A DNA stretch of 47,142 nucleotides from a virus. Taxonomy: Duplodnaviria > Caudoviricetes. The notes below the pieces were generated by a model. That model had not been told where the DNA came from. It saw only the letters and a program-made list of their open reading frames with translations, and made no database searches. Below, in pieces: positions 43,536 to 47,142 of the stretch (within the stretch, counting starts at the first letter, position 1; the number at the start of each line of letters is the position of its first letter). Location of the stretch: the IMG/VR virus record IMGVR_UViG_3300027790_000008, positions 1 to 47,142 of that record; one strand, 5' to 3'. The translations under genes and the position numbers were made by a program.

Positions 43536-43990
43536 TCGTATCAGATCCCAATCTGGCCGAGATTGCCTTTGTCTGCGAAAACATGCGCGACAAGAGCCAA
43601 GAGGACGTATTCGGCGTTGTCGAGGCAAGCCCGTCTCGATTGGCCCAAAGCCTTCACCGCGCCTATGGGTTCAAGTGGGTCTTTTATCACGACGGGCTTC
43701 CTTGCGCGGCCCTTGGGGCGACACAGGTTCATACCGGGGTTTGGTCCCTGTTCGGGTTCGGAACCGACGATTGGCAGAAAGTATGGCGTTTGGTGACTTT
43801 GGTTGCGAAGCGAGATATGATGCAGGCAGTTTCGGCCGCCGGCGCGCACCGGGCGCATTGCGTTTCACCCGCCAGCCACACTGATACCCACAAGTGGCTG
43901 CGGTTTCTCGGAGCAAGTCATGTGGTCGAAATGCCGAAATACGGACTGAAGGGTGAAGACTACCTTCTGTTCTCGTGGTTGAAGGAATGA
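43532..43990 (+). CDS. GNAT-fold protein (T7 gp13-like position)
   Basis: NMRDKSQED start, W.FGTD and HKWLRFLG; follows the nozzle gene. Confidence 0.65.
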   Translation: MIVSDPNLAEIAFVCENMRDKSQEDVFGVVEASPSRLAQSLHRAYGFKWVFYHDGLPCAALGATQVHTGVWSLFGFGTDDWQKVWRLVTLVAKRDMMQAVSAAGAHRAHCVSPASHTDTHKWLRFLGASHVVEMPKYGLKGEDYLLFSWLKE

Positions 43991-43993
43991 AGC

Positions 43994-44332
43994 ATGTGCA
44001 TGACAGGTAGTTTTTCATCTGACCCGGCCGCGCAGAAGATGGCCGAGACCGCCATTATGGGGCAGTTTTTCAACGGGTCGGCAGGCAATCCGATGCGCGA
44101 CGATCATTTTGACGCTTCACCCGCGATTTCCACACCCGCGGCCCCGACAGTGACGGGATCTTCGAATCCTATCTTGTGGGATCTTTACGGCCCGGCAGAA
44201 TATGGCAACCCGAACTCCCCAACGATCATTCAAAAGATCATGGAGGAAGAACGGATCATGCGGGATGCGCCTGGCGCACAGAGCCTTGCGCCGCTAATTT
44301 CCGAGTTTCTTGCTCGCAGGACGGGAGTTTAA
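43994..44332 (+). CDS. Small internal virion protein (Met-Cys start)
   Basis: Position in the ejection cluster. Confidence 0.55.
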   Translation: MCMTGSFSSDPAAQKMAETAIMGQFFNGSAGNPMRDDHFDASPAISTPAAPTVTGSSNPILWDLYGPAEYGNPNSPTIIQKIMEEERIMRDAPGAQSLAPLISEFLARRTGV

Positions 44333-44335
44333 GTC

Positions 44336-44989
44336 ATGTGCGGCGCACCGAAGATCGACACGTCATATCAGGACTTCCAGAGGGAAGAAGCCATTCGTGC
44401 GCGGGAGGAAGAAACCGCCCGCCAGGCGCGCATTGACGACGGCATAGGCAAGATCAAGGCGATATTCGAAGGCGGAACCGTTGACGGAGCCACTTATGCA
44501 GGCATGACGCCGGTGCTGGAACAGCGGGAACAGGCCATGCGGGACTTCTACCTTCCGCAACTCGAAACACAGGCCGCCGATGCTCGTGATGAGCTGACGT
44601 TCGGACTCAAGCGGGCCGGTCTTCTCAACTCCACGGCAGCGGGCGAAAAGCAGGGCGACCTTGGGCGTGACCTTGCTCTGGAGCGCGGGTCAATCCTTGC
44701 CAAGATCGCGTCGGATCTGAGCGGGACACAGAGTCGGATCAATCAGAACCGTGCGTCGATTGAAGCGGGGCTTCGGTCTTCCGGGGATCAGACGGCGGCC
44801 ACGGATGCCGCCTTGCGGTCCGCAGTCACATTCCGGGCAGAAGAACCCGAGTTGTCACGCCTACCCGCGCTTTTCTACGGCATTGGGACAGGAATAGGCG
44901 CCGCGCGCCAGGGATATGAGACCGGCAAGATTCGCGCCGCCGCCACGCCCGCGCCACTCAACCGCTCATCAGGAAGGAATGTTGCCTAA
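44336..44989 (+). CDS. Internal virion / ejection protein (Met-Cys start)
   Basis: Helical Ala/Gln/Arg-rich; RAGLLNSTAA motif. Confidence 0.65.
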   Translation: MCGAPKIDTSYQDFQREEAIRAREEETARQARIDDGIGKIKAIFEGGTVDGATYAGMTPVLEQREQAMRDFYLPQLETQAADARDELTFGLKRAGLLNSTAAGEKQGDLGRDLALERGSILAKIASDLSGTQSRINQNRASIEAGLRSSGDQTAATDAALRSAVTFRAEEPELSRLPALFYGIGTGIGAARQGYETGKIRAAATPAPLNRSSGRNVA

Positions 44990-45726
44990 TGTGTACCGGA
45001 CTTGAGCCGCTTATAGCTTCCGGGGTCGCCAAAGGTGGTCTTGCCGCAGCACTTCCCGGCATTCTCGCCAATGCGGGCGGGGCGCTGATCAACAACCAGA
45101 TCCAGAATCAGGCAATCTCCGAGCAGAACCGCCAGAACCAGATCGCAATGGATATGGAGCGCACCGCGCGGGAGAACGAAACCGAGCGTCAACGTGTGTT
45201 CGAAGACGAACAGGCGCAGGCGGTCATGCAGGCATTGCAGATGGCCAACCCGGAAACGGTTGCCGAGGACGTGACTGAAACTGCACCAGATTCCGAGATT
45301 GCCGGGTCCGCAGACGAAATGATGATCCCATTTCTGCCCGGTCAAAACGCAGATGGCGATGTTGCCACGTCGATTGGGAAAATCATCAATTCCGCCCTCA
45401 AAGAGTCTCGGGGTCTTCTCAAGGCGCAGTCGGAACTTTCCGCCCAAGGCACCGCTTTCGGCGGGATCAGTGACGCCATTGCCCGGATGGCAGGCGACGT
45501 TTCGAATATCGGATCAAAGCGGAACGCATCATCGCGCGTTGCCGATATGGAGACATTCATTCCAGCGGCAAGGGTGACTCCGAGCAATTCGATCGTCGGT
45601 GATGCCTTGATGCTGGCAGGGCAGAGTCTCGCTGGTATGGCAGGGAAGGCCGCAGGGTCCAGCGGCGCAACATTCAGCCCGAAATTGCCACTCACGGCGC
45701 AACGCTACGGAAGCACGGTGTACTGA
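44989..45726 (+). CDS. Internal virion / ejection protein (Met-Cys start, hydrophobic Gly/Ala N-terminus)
   Basis: T7 gp14-like architecture. Confidence 0.65.
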   Translation: MCTGLEPLIASGVAKGGLAAALPGILANAGGALINNQIQNQAISEQNRQNQIAMDMERTARENETERQRVFEDEQAQAVMQALQMANPETVAEDVTETAPDSEIAGSADEMMIPFLPGQNADGDVATSIGKIINSALKESRGLLKAQSELSAQGTAFGGISDAIARMAGDVSNIGSKRNASSRVADMETFIPAARVTPSNSIVGDALMLAGQSLAGMAGKAAGSSGATFSPKLPLTAQRYGSTVY

Positions 45727-45727
45727 T

Positions 45728-46564
45728 ATGCGGACAAGCCCATATAACAACCCGATGTTCGCTCAAGGTCTGGCCGGGATGGTCGAAGGCTTTGTTGGAA
45801 ACCCGGAGGCCGAGGGGCGGAATGCTCTCGCCGCATCTCAGGCGCTCCTGAACAACCAGACAGCGCAATATCGTGACGCGATTGGAGAAACCGGCTTGTC
45901 CGGGGATCTGTCCTCCATGATGATCCGGGCGCTTCAAGCTGGCCCGGACTATTCGCGCTATGCAGACTCGGCAGCATCCGATTCCCTGAAATACGGGTCC
46001 ATTGGCTTTGGCAGCCCGGATCTCACGCCGGAAGGCAGTATTGCATCCCTGATTGCCGCGCATACAGGTTCACCTGGCGGACGTGCCCGCTCTCCCGGCA
46101 GCACCACGGGTTCGAACGGCGCGACGGTGCAGACGTCCGATCTGACGCAGGGAGAGTTGAACCGCGTTGGCCGCATGGTGCGGGACGCAGGGTTCGACGG
46201 AGCGCAGTCGGCCACGGTGCAGGGCGCGGTTATCGAAGCATATGCCACAGGACAATACGGCACTCTGGACGAAGCCGCCGCCGCAGTCCTCCCCGGCGCC
46301 AAGGTCGAAAATGTCACGGTTGGAACGAACCCGAATGTGGCTTGGGACGGCGATAAGGGGTTCATGGGCGAGTTCATGGACATGTTCCGCGGGCCGTCCG
46401 ACATTACGGAGCCGCAGGTCACGTTCAAGGACGCCGCACCATCTGCAAGCCCCGACGAGGCAAATGTGCTGGATCAGGCCAGAGCCGCAATCGCCGCAGG
46501 CAAGGATCCGCGCGCCGTGGCGGCCCGCCTCAAGGAAATGGGGATTGACCCAGGGAGGCTCTAA
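45728..46564 (+). CDS. Internal virion / ejection protein, 278 aa
   Basis: C-terminal QARAAIAAGKDPRAVAARLKEMGIDP motif; TAATG-coupled to the giant protein. Confidence 0.65.
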   Translation: MRTSPYNNPMFAQGLAGMVEGFVGNPEAEGRNALAASQALLNNQTAQYRDAIGETGLSGDLSSMMIRALQAGPDYSRYADSAASDSLKYGSIGFGSPDLTPEGSIASLIAAHTGSPGGRARSPGSTTGSNGATVQTSDLTQGELNRVGRMVRDAGFDGAQSATVQGAVIEAYATGQYGTLDEAAAAVLPGAKVENVTVGTNPNVAWDGDKGFMGEFMDMFRGPSDITEPQVTFKDAAPSASPDEANVLDQARAAIAAGKDPRAVAARLKEMGIDPGRL

Positions 46565-47142
46565 TGGGCCTGTTCGATGACCTTCCGGACGTAAAGAAGG
46601 CCGGTCTGTTTGATGATCTGCCTATGGCTGGGGCAAGCACCCCTGATCCCGTGATGCCCACCGATCCCGGCGCAACGGGCTCTCTGGCCGATATGTTCGT
46701 CCCGGCACAACTTCCATCGGATATGGTTGCCCCGACCATGCCGAAGGATGGCGCAGTTCCCGCCCCCCTTTCGCCGCCCGCAACTACGGCGCCCTCCTTT
46801 GATGATCTTCCCGACGTGCCGCAACAAGACGCGACGTGGCAGGACGATCTGAAAGCCGGGTGGCTGCAACTACAGCAGTTTTTGCCCGGACGCCGGATCA
46901 AGCGCGCCATTGGCGACATCGGCGCGACCGAGACAATGATCGAGGATGCTTCGGGGCGCCGGGATTACTACCTTATGGAAGCCGAGGCGCTTGAAGCCGA
47001 GTTGCCGAACCTGCCCGACGATGAAAGTCGTGAGGTCTTGCGGCAGGAGATCGACTTCCTGCGCGAAAAGGCCCGCCAGATGGATGCCACCGCGCATTCC
47101 ACCGGCCGCGAAAAGGCGCTTGGGGACATCGTGCAAGACGTC
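46564..47142 (+). CDS. 5' part of the giant ejection protein (continues at position 128 through the circular join)
   Basis: ATG 46564 with GGGAGG RBS; MGLFDDLPDVKKAGLFDDLP...; no stop; 158 codons to the position equivalent to 23. Confidence 0.85.
   Translation, partial: MGLFDDLPDVKKAGLFDDLPMAGASTPDPVMPTDPGATGSLADMFVPAQLPSDMVAPTMPKDGAVPAPLSPPATTAPSFDDLPDVPQQDATWQDDLKAGWLQLQQFLPGRRIKRAIGDIGATETMIEDASGRRDYYLMEAEALEAELPNLPDDESREVLRQEIDFLREKARQMDATAHSTGREKALGDIVQDV
47016..47142 (+). repeat. Terminal direct repeat, copy 2 (assembly overlap)
   Basis: Identical to 1-127. Confidence 0.95.

Larger units (their letters stand above)
1..47142. mobile_element. Complete circular bacteriophage genome (podovirus-like, integrase-bearing; ~47,015 bp unique)
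   Basis: Full set of packaging, head, tail, lysis, replication and recombination genes; no host housekeeping genes; ends overlap exactly by 127 bp and a CDS reads through the join. Confidence 0.96.

Noticed and set aside
47016-47142. 127-bp terminal repeat as a biological DTR
   Set aside because: The length equals a standard assembler k-mer and it falls mid-gene; it shows circularity, not the physical termini.
1-47142. tRNA or rRNA genes, tape measure protein, DNA or RNA polymerase
   Set aside because: None recognised by eye; a tRNAscan or HMM search would be needed to exclude divergent copies.

Overview
The window is one complete, circularly assembled bacteriophage genome of about 47,015 bp. 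Bases 1-127 are identical to 47016-47142, which is an assembler overlap. Gene content fits a podovirus-like phage: TerL, portal, scaffold, major capsid, adaptor and nozzle, a GNAT-like protein, ejection proteins and no tape measure. An alphaproteobacterial (Rhodobacteraceae-like) host is inferred, not shown. Modules: virion genes (33187-47142 continuing to 10056, including a ~2195-aa polyvalent ejection protein that spans the contig ends); lysis (10170-11632); an accessory region (12144-17147); integrase and RecET recombination (17148-22600, minus strand); regulation and replication (22946-29207: tandem-HTH regulator, RuvC-like, C5-MTase, initiator with iterons, DnaB); a leftward early operon (29276-31903); and packaging. 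The most striking unexplained structure is a pair of divergent arrays of small gene cassettes. They are driven by a symmetric bidirectional promoter at 15003-15054. Every gene is bounded by a stereotyped ~20-30 bp junction that often supplies the upstream gene's last codons and stop and always supplies the next gene's RBS: TCCAACTA/TCCTAAAA-CCCCGGAGG on the left and TCCAGATAGGAGCGAG on the right. A GIY-YIG/resolvase-like fusion sits inside the module and an atypical tyrosine recombinase abuts it, so it is a candidate integron-like cassette system. Also notable: a C5-MTase frameshifted at a G10 tract with an overprinted beta-subunit-like ORF, a pseudoknotted RNA before a terminator, a genome-wide TTGGTGTTTTTGGTG motif, a RecT-RMF-like fusion and a holin-signal-lysozyme fusion. 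All family assignments come from motif recognition by eye; no searches were run.
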